A stretch of 41,106 bases of DNA from the NCBI GenBank assembly GCA_043819075.1, contig JBDRFE010000059.1, forward strand, positions 1 through 41,106, in the 5' to 3' direction. Source of the stretch: an archaeon (GTDB lineage Archaea; Iainarchaeota; Iainarchaeia; Iainarchaeales; 1-14-0-10-31-34). A program made the position numbers and the translations under genes. The notes beneath the pieces are model-generated. The model was not told where the DNA came from. It made no database searches and saw nothing but the letters and a program-made list of their open reading frames with translations. Of the stretch, positions 28,146-36,824 are shown piece after piece (position 1 is the stretch's first letter; the number at the start of each line of letters is the position of its first letter).

Positions 28146-29761
28146 CCTGAAAGCGCGTTCACGTCACAGGAATTCCTGTAAGCAATATTCCTAATTTGAT
28201 CACAGGCAAGTTCATCGTTTTTTTCTTCAGCGTAAGCATAAAAACAGTAATCTGGTGTAGCATAAATTAATTTTGGAAAGTATTTGTCAGCTGAATTGCA
28301 TACACTGTAATCAGTTAATTTCACTGCAATGTGATTATAGCATGAAATGTATTGTTCGCTTCCGGTTATTTTTTCGCATAACGGTGAGTCAAGTGAATTC
28401 CCTGCCACAGTAGAATAACATGAATTCCTTAAATTCGCATTTAACAGCCTGATTTCATCGCATAAAACACCTTTATTCAAGTCAACTGCCAGTGCATTAT
28501 AGCAGTTGTCCCTGATTGAATTATCAATTATTAACGGACAGTAAGTTTCTTTTTTGCTTGACTGGGCAGTGTTATAATAACAGTTGTCTTTAGTGCTTAA
28601 GTCTGTAATTAATTCACAGGCTTTTTTTTCCGGGTTTGCTTCTGCTACGCCTGCAACGCATTGCTGGAAAATGTTTTTATCTAAAATCTGCAGGCAGTAA
28701 TCAGAATCCTTTTCCTCTAAAGCAATATTTTTGATGCAGTAATCAGTTAAGTTCAGGTCAGTTGATTTCTTGCAGATTAAAGGATTCTTTTCTTTCACTC
28801 CGATTTCACCAAAGCACTCGTTTTTTTTGGTTTGGTTAATGAAAAAAGTGCACAAAGTTTCTTCTTTCACTGAATTCAATACAGTAGTTAAACAGTCATC
28901 TCTTTCAAAGCCCTCGCTTGTCGTGGCAGTTGAAATATACGTGCAAACAACATAATCCTTTAATGAAATTGCAATGGCTTTAAAGCAAATGTCTTTGTCG
29001 CTTACAACAGAAATCTTTTTGCAGGCTTCAATGCTGTTTTCTGATGCAGCAACAACTGCATTGCATGAATTTGATTTTGCTGAATCAATTATCTGATTGC
29101 AGCCAGTTGTATCCTTTAATGCAATTGCAATACTGTAAAAGCATTCATCCCTGTAAGTAACGTTCTTTAATTTTATTTCCTTGCAAGTGTCATAACTTTT
29201 TAAATTCACTCCAATGTCTTTAATGCATTTGTCTATGTTAAGTTCCTTTATTTCCCTGCACGCAGAAATATCATTGAACTGTAATGCATAATCATTCAGG
29301 CACTGGTCTTTTTTCAGCTGGGTTGCTTCTTTGTTGCATAATTCAATATAAGGAGCCTGTGCATTTTTGTCGCTGATTGTAATTGGAATAGCGCTGACTT
29401 CAAGTGAATAATTGCTTTCTTTTCCAGTTTTAGTCTCAGAAGTAACAACATAATAATAAGTTATTCCCCCAGCCAAGCCTTCATCCCTGTAATTTATTCC
29501 AGTAACAGGATAAGAATTAATTTTCCCGTAATCTTTTCCCTTGTTTAAAGTCCTGTAAATATTGTATCCTTTAAGAGAACTGCTTTCAACTGCTTCCCAG
29601 CTTAACTCAATTGCAACATTTTTTGATGTTGCCTTGACATTCGCCGGAGGGCTTAACACTACATCCCCGTTTCCATTGTTGTTTCCGTCAGGAGAAATAA
29701 TGTCAGGGCACCCTGCAAAAAACACCATTAAACCAACAAGCAATAAAACTTCTTTTTTCAT
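28142..29761 (-). CDS. Lipoprotein with FN3 domain and many Cys-rich repeats
   Basis: Lipobox FFAGC; PPANVKA...LSW...GYNIYR...YYYVVTS; ~26-aa C..I.....KD.CY...A repeats. Confidence 0.85.
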   Translation of the reverse strand: MKKEVLLLVGLMVFFAGCPDIISPDGNNNGNGDVVLSPPANVKATSKNVAIELSWEAVESSSLKGYNIYRTLNKGKDYGKINSYPVTGINYRDEGLAGGITYYYVVTSETKTGKESNYSLEVSAIPITISDKNAQAPYIELCNKEATQLKKDQCLNDYALQFNDISACREIKELNIDKCIKDIGVNLKSYDTCKEIKLKNVTYRDECFYSIAIALKDTTGCNQIIDSAKSNSCNAVVAASENSIEACKKISVVSDKDICFKAIAISLKDYVVCTYISTATTSEGFERDDCLTTVLNSVKEETLCTFFINQTKKNECFGEIGVKEKNPLICKKSTDLNLTDYCIKNIALEEKDSDYCLQILDKNIFQQCVAGVAEANPEKKACELITDLSTKDNCYYNTAQSSKKETYCPLIIDNSIRDNCYNALAVDLNKGVLCDEIRLLNANLRNSCYSTVAGNSLDSPLCEKITGSEQYISCYNHIAVKLTDYSVCNSADKYFPKLIYATPDYCFYAYAEEKNDELACDQIRNIAYRNSCDVNALSG

Positions 29762-30032
29762 TCACTAATAATACATTGTCTTGGTTTAAATTATTTTCTA
29801 TGGACAAACTCTTTTTCTTTTTCAAAAACAAAAACAGAATTTTATGTATATTCCAGAAACCTTTTTTAAATGCTTTTCTTCAAAAAAATAATCTGGTATT
29901 GGGAGTTAAGGAAGCAAGTCATACTGCTATGTCAGATCCCTGACTTGCTTTCTCAACGACTTTTCCTTATTACAACACTTTATTAATTTTTTTTAACTAA
30001 TTTTTTAGTATCAGTTTCTAGTTGTGGAGCTA

Positions 30033-30078
30033 GCTCCCCTGAAAGTGGTGCTGGCATACCAACCAAGCGTGACTGTTG
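30033..30078 (-). repeat. Palindrome module, copy D (tRNA-Ser(TGA) leader, reversed)
   Basis: GCTCCCCTGAAAGTGGTGC TGGCATAC CAACCAAGCGTGACTGTTG, then AA and tRNA +1. Confidence 0.75.
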
Positions 30079-30080
30079 AA

Positions 30081-30164
30081 GCAGAGGTGGCGGAGTGGTC
30101 TAACGCGCCAGCCTTGAGAGCTGGTATCCGAAAGGATGCGCGAGTTCGAATCTCGTCCTCTGCG
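30081..30164 (+). tRNA. tRNA-Ser(TGA)
   Basis: Acceptor GCAGAGG/CCTCTGC, G73, CCAGC CT-TGA-GA GCTGG, variable arm ATCC-GAAA-GGAT. Confidence 0.96.
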
Positions 30165-30170
30165 TTCGCG

Positions 30171-30217
30171 GTTTCGTCCGCGAGTAACGAAATATGTCGC
30201 TCTATCTTCGATAGAGC
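30171..30217 (+). repeat. Variant palindrome pair in the tRNA-Ser(TGA) trailer
   Basis: GTTTCGT-N9-ACGAAAT then the 19-mer GCTCTATCTTCGATAGAGC. Confidence 0.65.
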
Positions 30218-30250
30218 ATTAATATTTATAAGGGATTGAAAATCAATTAA

Positions 30251-30814
30251 ATGGTGAAGAAAATGAAAAAAGTTTTTGTATTGATTGCCCTTGGATTAAT
30301 TCTTTTTGGTTGCATTCAAGGCAATGGCAGTGATAAGAATGCAAGTGTTCCAGCAGTTTATTCCACTCAAGAAGAATGTGAGGAAAAAAATGATTGTGAA
30401 TGTAATTTTGTTATGTGCGATTATATTCCTGAAGGAAAAACTTTTGAAGAAGTTTGCGGCAAGGGCTTTGAAAAAGGATGGAAATGCGTTAATACAACAT
30501 TAAAAGAAGGTGTAAATGAAATGAGTAAAACAGTTGAAGCAGGAGACACAATTAAAGTTGAATACATTGGAAGTTTTCCTGATACAAAAGAAGTTTTTGA
30601 CCAGAGCAACGGAAACCCGTTGGAGTTCACTGCCGGTGCAGGACAAATGATTAAAGGATTTGATAAAGCGGTTATTGGAATGAAATTAAATGAAGAAAAA
30701 ACTGTTTTAATTCCTCCTGAAGAAGCATATGGTTTAGCAGGAAGAACTTCTCATCCTTTAGCAGGAAAAACACTGCAGTTCTGGATTAAGGTAGTGGAAA
30801 TAAACAAAAAGTGA
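30251..30814 (+). CDS. FKBP-type peptidyl-prolyl isomerase with N-terminal lipoprotein/Cys-rich domain
   Basis: Lipobox LFGC; VEYIGSF...VFDQS...GAGQMIKGFDKAVIGM...IPPEEAYG. Confidence 0.9.
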   Translation: MVKKMKKVFVLIALGLILFGCIQGNGSDKNASVPAVYSTQEECEEKNDCECNFVMCDYIPEGKTFEEVCGKGFEKGWKCVNTTLKEGVNEMSKTVEAGDTIKVEYIGSFPDTKEVFDQSNGNPLEFTAGAGQMIKGFDKAVIGMKLNEEKTVLIPPEEAYGLAGRTSHPLAGKTLQFWIKVVEINKK

Positions 30815-30871
30815 TTTAACTGCCTGAAACAATGGAAAAGCTTTTTTTATAATCGCTCTTATTTTTTTGTT

Positions 30872-31357
30872 ATGAACAAAAAAATGAGTGTTGGCTGGTT
30901 TTCTTTTTCCTGCTGTGAAGACTCAACAATTGTTTTCACTGAATTACTGAATGACCATTACCTTGAATGGCTTAAATTAGTTGACTTTAAGGCGTCAAGA
31001 ATCCTTAGAGGAAAAAACGATGAAACAAACTTGGATGTTGCTTTTGTTGAAGGCGCAATTGCAAGCAAAAAAGACGCAAAAAAATTAAAGGAAATAAGAA
31101 AGAATTCTAAAAAGCTTGTTGCAATCGGCTCCTGTGCTGTAACCGGAATGCCCAGCGCGCAAAGAAACGAGTTTGACCAAGAAAAAACAAAAGAAATTTC
31201 TTTTTTAGTTGAAAGATTTAAGCTGGCAAAAAAAGTTGTTCCATTGAATAAAATAGTTAAAGTTGATGCAAGCGTTTCAGGCTGTCCAATGGACGAAAAA
31301 GTTTTCTTAAAATTGTTTGATGAATTATTAAAGGAATTTGGTGCAAAAAATGCATAG
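30872..31357 (+). CDS. Short [NiFe]-hydrogenase small subunit (group 3 delta-like)
   Basis: SCCEDS, VAFVEGAI, AIGSCAVTG, SGCP. Confidence 0.85.
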   Translation: MNKKMSVGWFSFSCCEDSTIVFTELLNDHYLEWLKLVDFKASRILRGKNDETNLDVAFVEGAIASKKDAKKLKEIRKNSKKLVAIGSCAVTGMPSAQRNEFDQEKTKEISFLVERFKLAKKVVPLNKIVKVDASVSGCPMDEKVFLKLFDELLKEFGAKNA

Positions 31358-32633
31358 CTTTGATGTAACAATTGAAAACATTAGCAAGACAGAAGGCCAC
31401 GCAGGCCTTGATGTAAAAGTAAGAAATGGAAAAGTTTCTAAGGTTCAGTTCAAGATACTGGAAAGCAAAAGATTTTACACTCAGGCGATTCGTGGAAAAA
31501 ACTTTCTTGCCGCGCCCCAGTTAATGTCAAGAATCTGTGGAACCTGCAGTATTGCACACTTGTTCTGCTGCATTGAAGCAATAGAAAAAGCTCTTGAAAT
31601 ACAGGAATCAGAGCAAACCAGAATTTTAAGGACTCTTGTAATGAATGGCTTAATGATTCGCGACCATGCACTTCACTTGTATATGTTTAGTCTGCCGGAT
31701 GTAATAGGAAAAGATTCTATTCTGGATTTTGATGAAAAAAACGAGTTTGAGCATGAATTATTGCATGACACTTTTTCTGTGAAAGGAGCAGGAAACAATT
31801 TATCCAAATTAATTGCTGGCAGGTCAGTTCACGCCCCATTCCCTTCAATCGGAGGCTTTACAAAAATTCCTGACAAAAAAGATTTTCCTAAAATGATTTC
31901 AGAGCTTAAAGCCCAGAGAGAAAAAGTCCTGAAATTAATTGACATTTACTTTAAATGTGAGTTTGATTTCACGAGAAAAACAAATTTTGTTGCAATAACA
32001 AACAAAGACTATGATTTCAGGCAAGGAATGCTTTGTTCGAGTACTGGAGTCTGTGTTCCGGAAGAAAACATGGAACAGCATTTAGAGCACGTTATACTGC
32101 CTTATTCCCAGGCATCAGGATACAAGTTTCAGGGAGACGCTTTTATGGTTGGAGCTTTAGCAAGAATGAACTTAAACAAGAAAAGCCTGTGCAAGGAAAC
32201 AATTAAAGATACTTCAAGTTACCTGAAAAAATTTCCTTCAAACAACATTTATGACAACAATTTAGCTCAGGCAATAGAAGTATTGCATTGCATTGATTCA
32301 AGTGTTTCTCTTTTAGAGTCTTTTGAACCAAAGCCAGAGCCAAAACAAAACATTGTTCCAAAAAAAAGTTCAGGCATTGGAGTAATTGAAGCTCCAAGAG
32401 GAACTTTATTCTATAAAATTGACTTAAATGAAAAAGGAATTGTATCAAAAGCAAAAGTTGTTGTTCCTACCGGCCAGAACCAGATTAATATTGAAAAAGA
32501 TGTTGCTGCAATTGTCGAGAAAAACCTTAATGCCCCGAAAGAAAAAATTCAGTTTGAAATAGAAAAATTAATCCGAGCTTATGACCCGTGCATGAGCTGT
32601 GCCTCGCATTTCCTTAAAATAAACTGGCTTTAA
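31350..32633 (+). CDS. [NiFe]-hydrogenase large subunit (group 3b-like)
   Basis: KTEGH, L1 RICGTCSIAH, EAPRGTL, L2 YDPCMSCASH plus short tail. Confidence 0.92.
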   Translation: MHSFDVTIENISKTEGHAGLDVKVRNGKVSKVQFKILESKRFYTQAIRGKNFLAAPQLMSRICGTCSIAHLFCCIEAIEKALEIQESEQTRILRTLVMNGLMIRDHALHLYMFSLPDVIGKDSILDFDEKNEFEHELLHDTFSVKGAGNNLSKLIAGRSVHAPFPSIGGFTKIPDKKDFPKMISELKAQREKVLKLIDIYFKCEFDFTRKTNFVAITNKDYDFRQGMLCSSTGVCVPEENMEQHLEHVILPYSQASGYKFQGDAFMVGALARMNLNKKSLCKETIKDTSSYLKKFPSNNIYDNNLAQAIEVLHCIDSSVSLLESFEPKPEPKQNIVPKKSSGIGVIEAPRGTLFYKIDLNEKGIVSKAKVVVPTGQNQINIEKDVAAIVEKNLNAPKEKIQFEIEKLIRAYDPCMSCASHFLKINWL

Positions 32634-33028
32634 TTCTTTTTTTCTTTAATGTAATCTGAAATCAGTTTTTTTAATCCATTTAATGCCTGTTTTTGACTGA
32701 AATTCATTGGCACGCCAAAAACAATTACTTCTTCCAGCAAGCCGGTTTTTTCAAGCAGTTTCAGGTTAAAGCCTAAGTCAAAGTCATGCAGAGAAAAAAC
32801 TTTTTCTGAAACAATTTTTTCTGTTCCTTCAATTCTTTTGCATTCTTTTATTCCTTGCACGCAGTCAATTATCACAAGCTTTTTTCCCTGTTTTTCAAGG
32901 TTTTCGCTTGGGTCAAATTCCATGAAATCAATTAAAGGAAACTCTTTCCTTAACTCGGGCAGGATTTTTATTGGCACAGAATCTTTTTCCACTAAAATAT
33001 TTCCAAAAACAAGTATTTTTTGTTTCAT
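32630..33028 (-). CDS. Hydrogenase maturation protease-like protein
   Basis: LVFGNILVEKD, VIIDCV, SLHDF. Confidence 0.8.
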   Translation of the reverse strand: MKQKILVFGNILVEKDSVPIKILPELRKEFPLIDFMEFDPSENLEKQGKKLVIIDCVQGIKECKRIEGTEKIVSEKVFSLHDFDLGFNLKLLEKTGLLEEVIVFGVPMNFSQKQALNGLKKLISDYIKEKKN

Positions 33029-33086
33029 AAACAATTAATTGAATTAAATATAAGTATTTAAAACCCTTTCAGCATTAGTTTTTTTT

Positions 33087-34007
33087 ATGAGCCAGTCAAA
33101 AGGATTTTTTCTTGTTTTGCTTACTGCAATAATAAGCGGAATAAGCATTTTCTTAAACGCTTTTGCTGTTCAGGGCTTTGACAACGCATTTGTTTTCACC
33201 GGAATGAAAAACTTAATTGTAGCAGTATTCTTAATTTCAGTAATTGTATTGTCCGGCCAGCTTAATTCAGTCAAAAATTTGACAAAAAAACAATGGCTTT
33301 CACTTTCTTTTATCGGCTTAATCGGCGGAAGCATTCCATTCTTATTGTATTTTTATGCACTGAAATTGTCAACTGCTTCTGCTGCAGGATTTTTGCATAA
33401 AACAATTTTTGTTTGGGCAACAATTCTTGCATTCTTTTTTCTGAAAGAAAAGCTTTCAAAAAAAATTGTTTTCGGCGCACTGCTTCTTTTAACAGGAAAC
33501 TTCTTTTTATTTAACTCAAGTTTTTCTTTTGGATTTCCTGAACTGCTTGTATTTATTGCTGTCTTGTTCTGGTCAGCAGAAAACGTTTTGTCAAAACATG
33601 TTTTGAAGGATTTAAGCTCAACAGTTGTTGCTGGAGGAAGAATGTTTTTCGGCTCTGCATTCATTTTGTTGTTCCTGTTGTTTTCAAACCAGCTTTCAGT
33701 TATTTCAGTTTATTCAGCTGGACAATGGAGCTGGATTCTGTTAACTTCTTTCCTGTTGTTTTTGTATGTTTTGACTTTTTATTCTGGTTTAAAGCATTTA
33801 AGTGTTTCAGCTGCAACTTCAGTTCTTTTGTTGGGCCAGCCGATTACTGCTTTGCTTAGCTTAATTTTTTTAGGCAAAACAATTTCTTTTTCAGAAGCAT
33901 TTGGTTTGGTTTTGATTGTATGCGGAGTAATAATTATTGCAGGCTTTTCTTTTTTTGTTCAGGCTTTAAGGTTAACAGGTTTTTTTGTTGGACCAGAAAA
34001 AAATTGA
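33087..34007 (+). CDS. EamA/DMT-family transporter
   Basis: About ten TMs in two repeats; FFLKEKL, LGQPITALLSLIFLG. Confidence 0.88.
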   Translation: MSQSKGFFLVLLTAIISGISIFLNAFAVQGFDNAFVFTGMKNLIVAVFLISVIVLSGQLNSVKNLTKKQWLSLSFIGLIGGSIPFLLYFYALKLSTASAAGFLHKTIFVWATILAFFFLKEKLSKKIVFGALLLLTGNFFLFNSSFSFGFPELLVFIAVLFWSAENVLSKHVLKDLSSTVVAGGRMFFGSAFILLFLLFSNQLSVISVYSAGQWSWILLTSFLLFLYVLTFYSGLKHLSVSAATSVLLLGQPITALLSLIFLGKTISFSEAFGLVLIVCGVIIIAGFSFFVQALRLTGFFVGPEKN

Positions 34008-34716
34008 TTCTCTTGTAAAAGCGTGCAGGTATTCTTTTATTTCAAACAAGAAAAATTATTGCGGAACAACTGATGCTTTTTCTGAGTTCAAGGATTTCAT
34101 TGAAAACCCTTTGCCTGAAAAAACAAATAAAATTGAAACTCTTTTCATGAGCTTTGAAGCCCTTTACCCTTATCTTAAACTGATTGCAAAAGCAAACAAG
34201 CTTTCTCCTTTGGATGAAAAAGTAGTTGACGCTTACTGGATTGGAAACGAATTGCTTGAAAAAGTTTCTTTGGATGAAACAAAAGAAATGATTTTAGCTG
34301 ATTTTGTCAAGCCCGGGTTACTTCCGAAAAGCATTGCATTAAAAAAAGCTGAAAGCATTCCTTTTGGTTCTGTTCCGCATCATTCTTTTCATGTTTTGTT
34401 CATTAATTTTGTTTCAAGAAAAGTTGAGCCGGTTTTAAAAAACCTTGACAGCTGTTTAATTAGCTGGGGTAAAATAAAAGAAGTGAAAGAAAATTCTTTG
34501 GTTGTTGATTCAGTTCAGCTTGTTTTTGATTCAGGAGAATTCAAACTCAAAGAAAAGCGCAAGGCAATTGATTCCGGCCTTGTTTCTGGAGCAGAAAAAA
34601 ATTCTTTTGTTTCAGTTCACTGGGATTTTGCTGTTGAATTAATTGAAAAACAACAGCTTAAATCTTTGAAGCATTTCACTGAAAAAAACATTACTGCAGT
34701 GAATTCTTTTTTGTAA
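33985..34716 (+). CDS. DUF6390-like protein
   Basis: RYSF..N..NYCG, YPYLKLIA, VVDAYWIGNELL, PHHSFHV, VSVHWD. Confidence 0.75.
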   Translation: MLDQKKIDSLVKACRYSFISNKKNYCGTTDAFSEFKDFIENPLPEKTNKIETLFMSFEALYPYLKLIAKANKLSPLDEKVVDAYWIGNELLEKVSLDETKEMILADFVKPGLLPKSIALKKAESIPFGSVPHHSFHVLFINFVSRKVEPVLKNLDSCLISWGKIKEVKENSLVVDSVQLVFDSGEFKLKEKRKAIDSGLVSGAEKNSFVSVHWDFAVELIEKQQLKSLKHFTEKNITAVNSFL

Positions 34717-34761
34717 TCATTTCAGGCAAAGCTTTATATTCATTGAACTAATAATCTTTTT

Positions 34762-35031
34762 ATGGCTGTACCAAAACCTAGAGGAAAAATTGCAAGAGGC
34801 TTGAGAGCTTTAAGGCTTAAAAAATTAACTAGGCTCAGGCAGAGCCAAAAAAGAAAAAAAACCCTTGGCCAGATGAGAACTGTCAGTAATGTATTAGCAG
34901 AAATGCGCGGGCCAGGCAGGCCGACCAGCCATAGATTCAAACTATTCATTGATGGATACACAAAAACTTTAGAGAATTCTGTTAACTCAAAAAGAAAAAA
35001 ACTCAAGCGCCAGAGAAAAGGCGTGTTTTAA
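34762..35031 (+). CDS. Small very basic hypothetical protein
   Basis: TATA-like TTTATA upstream; MAVPKPRGKIARGLRALR. Confidence 0.55.
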   Translation: MAVPKPRGKIARGLRALRLKKLTRLRQSQKRKKTLGQMRTVSNVLAEMRGPGRPTSHRFKLFIDGYTKTLENSVNSKRKKLKRQRKGVF

Positions 35032-35037
35032 TTTTTT

Positions 35038-35217
35038 TTATATTACGTCTTCTTTTTTTATTTTTTCTATTACCATGCCCTGCTGGACTAAAACATATTC
35101 TCCTTTAACGGCTTTTTCTGCATTAATTGCCTCAATTTTTTTTCCCTGTGAGTCAATTACTGCAATTCTTCCGTTTTCCTTTAATTCAGTTATTTTTCCT
35201 GCTAATGCAAGGCACAT
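35038..35217 (-). CDS. hypC: HypC/HupF-family hydrogenase chaperone
   Basis: MCLALAGKI...GEYVLVQQG. Confidence 0.85.
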   Translation of the reverse strand: MCLALAGKITELKENGRIAVIDSQGKKIEAINAEKAVKGEYVLVQQGMVIEKIKKEDVI

Positions 35218-35304
35218 AAACAAAAATATGCCTGAAACATTTTTAATTCAATTCCATGTTTTTCCCTGAATTCATTTAAAACCTTTTTTCTATTTAATTT
35301 TGAA

Positions 35305-35661
35305 ATGAAATTAGAGTTAACAAAAAAAACCTGGCTAAGGCTTTTGCTGCTGCCCTTGCTTTTGTATTCTTTTTATTTAGCAAAGCTTCCGATTGAAATA
35401 ATAATTATTTTTGGCTTATTTTTTTTGCTGATAATTTTGTTCAGGACACATTTTTACGACAAAATTGAGTTTCTTTTAGGCGAAAAATTTCCTGTAATTC
35501 ATGACTGGCATCCATGGCAGAAAAAAGCCATTATAATCATTGTATTTATTTTAATTTACACTGTAATAAAACAACTGCTGTATTTTTCCATGGACTTCTT
35601 TTTTGGCTTAAACATTGAGAAAATGGTGTTAGAAAGCATGAATTACCAGTCTTTTGAATAA
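35305..35661 (+). CDS. Membrane protein
   Basis: 118 aa, three hydrophobic segments. Confidence 0.65.
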   Translation: MKLELTKKTWLRLLLLPLLLYSFYLAKLPIEIIIIFGLFFLLIILFRTHFYDKIEFLLGEKFPVIHDWHPWQKKAIIIIVFILIYTVIKQLLYFSMDFFFGLNIEKMVLESMNYQSFE

Positions 35662-35706
35662 ACCTTTTTAATTCTTTGATTCCATTAAATAACTCAGGTG
35701 TGCTGA

Positions 35707-36129
35707 ATCAAGATATCTTTTTTCAATGTTTTAAAAATAATTAAAAGAACTTTTAATGACAAGGAAGTAAGAGTCTTATTAATCATAGTTTTTTTCAGTG
35801 TTTTAGCTGGAGGATTTGTTTACCATCATTTTGAGCACTGGAGTTTTTTTGATGCAGTTTATTTTTCTGTTGTCACTTTAACTACAATAGGCTACGGAGA
35901 CCTTTACCCGCTGACTTTTGCCGGAAAACTGTTTACAATCTTTTATGTTTTCATCGGAATCGGATTAATTTTTTTGTTCATTAACAGGGTTGCATCCAAT
36001 GCAGTCAAAGAACACCCTGCAATAAAAGTAATGGAAAAAAAGCCTTCAATCCAGAAAGAAATCATAAAAGAAGAAAAAAAATTGCAGCTGGAAGCAAAAA
36101 AAGAAGAAAAGAAAAGTGAGTTAAAGTGA
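35707..36129 (+). CDS. Two-TM potassium channel (KcsA-like) with no canonical start codon; not in ORF track
   Basis: WSFFDAVYFSVVTLTTIGYGDLYPLT; AGGTG SD then in-frame ATC at 35707. Confidence 0.85.
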   Translation: MKISFFNVLKIIKRTFNDKEVRVLLIIVFFSVLAGGFVYHHFEHWSFFDAVYFSVVTLTTIGYGDLYPLTFAGKLFTIFYVFIGIGLIFLFINRVASNAVKEHPAIKVMEKKPSIQKEIIKEEKKLQLEAKKEEKKSELK

Positions 36130-36632
36130 AAAAAGTCATTCTTGTTGCTGGCTCGCATGAAGCTTCTCCTGCTTCAATGAAGCTGGCAGAAGAAACTGGA
36201 AAAGAAATCGCAAAAAAAAATTGTGTTTTAATCTGCGGCGGCTTAACCGGAGTAATGGAAGCAACTTGCAAGGGAATTTCAGCTGAAAAAGGCACTTCAA
36301 TTTGTGTTATTCCATCCAACAACAAATCTGACGCAAATTCTTTTTGTTCAATTGTAATTCCTTCTGGAATTGGTTTTGGAAGAAACTTTATTTTAGTTAA
36401 TTCAGCTGACGCAGTAATTTTGATTGAAGGCCAGGCAGGAACTTTTATGGAAGCCCTGGCTTCTTACTTACAGAAAAAACCAGTTATTGCTTTAAGCGGT
36501 TCAGGAGGGGTTTCAGATAAAATTAAAGGCTCTTTTTTGGATGACACTAAATTAGTTAAAATCCTTTCAGCTTCCTCGCCAAAAGAAGCAGTTGAACTAG
36601 CCTTAAAAAAAATTGAAGAAAAAGAGAAATAA
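36126..36632 (+). CDS. LOG/TIGR00725-family protein
   Basis: LICGGLTGVMEA, GIGFGRN, GTFME. Confidence 0.88.
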   Translation: MKKVILVAGSHEASPASMKLAEETGKEIAKKNCVLICGGLTGVMEATCKGISAEKGTSICVIPSNNKSDANSFCSIVIPSGIGFGRNFILVNSADAVILIEGQAGTFMEALASYLQKKPVIALSGSGGVSDKIKGSFLDDTKLVKILSASSPKEAVELALKKIEEKEK

Positions 36633-36691
36633 CAGTTTTTAATTGTTTTATCATCCAATTTTTATTGCTATTTTTTGAGTTGGCGAAGCAA

Positions 36692-36737
36692 GCTGGACTG
36701 AAAGTCTTGCACGCATACCAACCGAGCGTGACGGTTG
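36692..36737 (-). repeat. Palindrome module, copy E (tRNA-Ser(GGA) leader, reversed)
   Basis: GCTGGACTGAAAGTCTTGC ACGCATAC CAACCGAGCGTGACGGTTG, then AA and tRNA +1. Confidence 0.8.
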
Positions 36738-36739
36738 AA

Positions 36740-36823
36740 GCAGAGGTGGCGGAGTGGTCTAACGCGCCAGCCTGGAAAGCTGGTATCCGAAAGGATGCGC
36801 GAGTTCGAATCTCGTCCTCTGCG
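36740..36823 (+). tRNA. tRNA-Ser(GGA)
   Basis: Same body as 30081-30164, with loop CT-GGA-AA. Confidence 0.96.
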
Positions 36824-36824
36824 T

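Noticed and set aside
30171..30179. GTTTCGTCC (also 36873-36881) as the antisense of hammerhead GGACGAAAC
   Set aside because: No CTGANGA core at a suitable position; the motif pairs in a local hairpin instead
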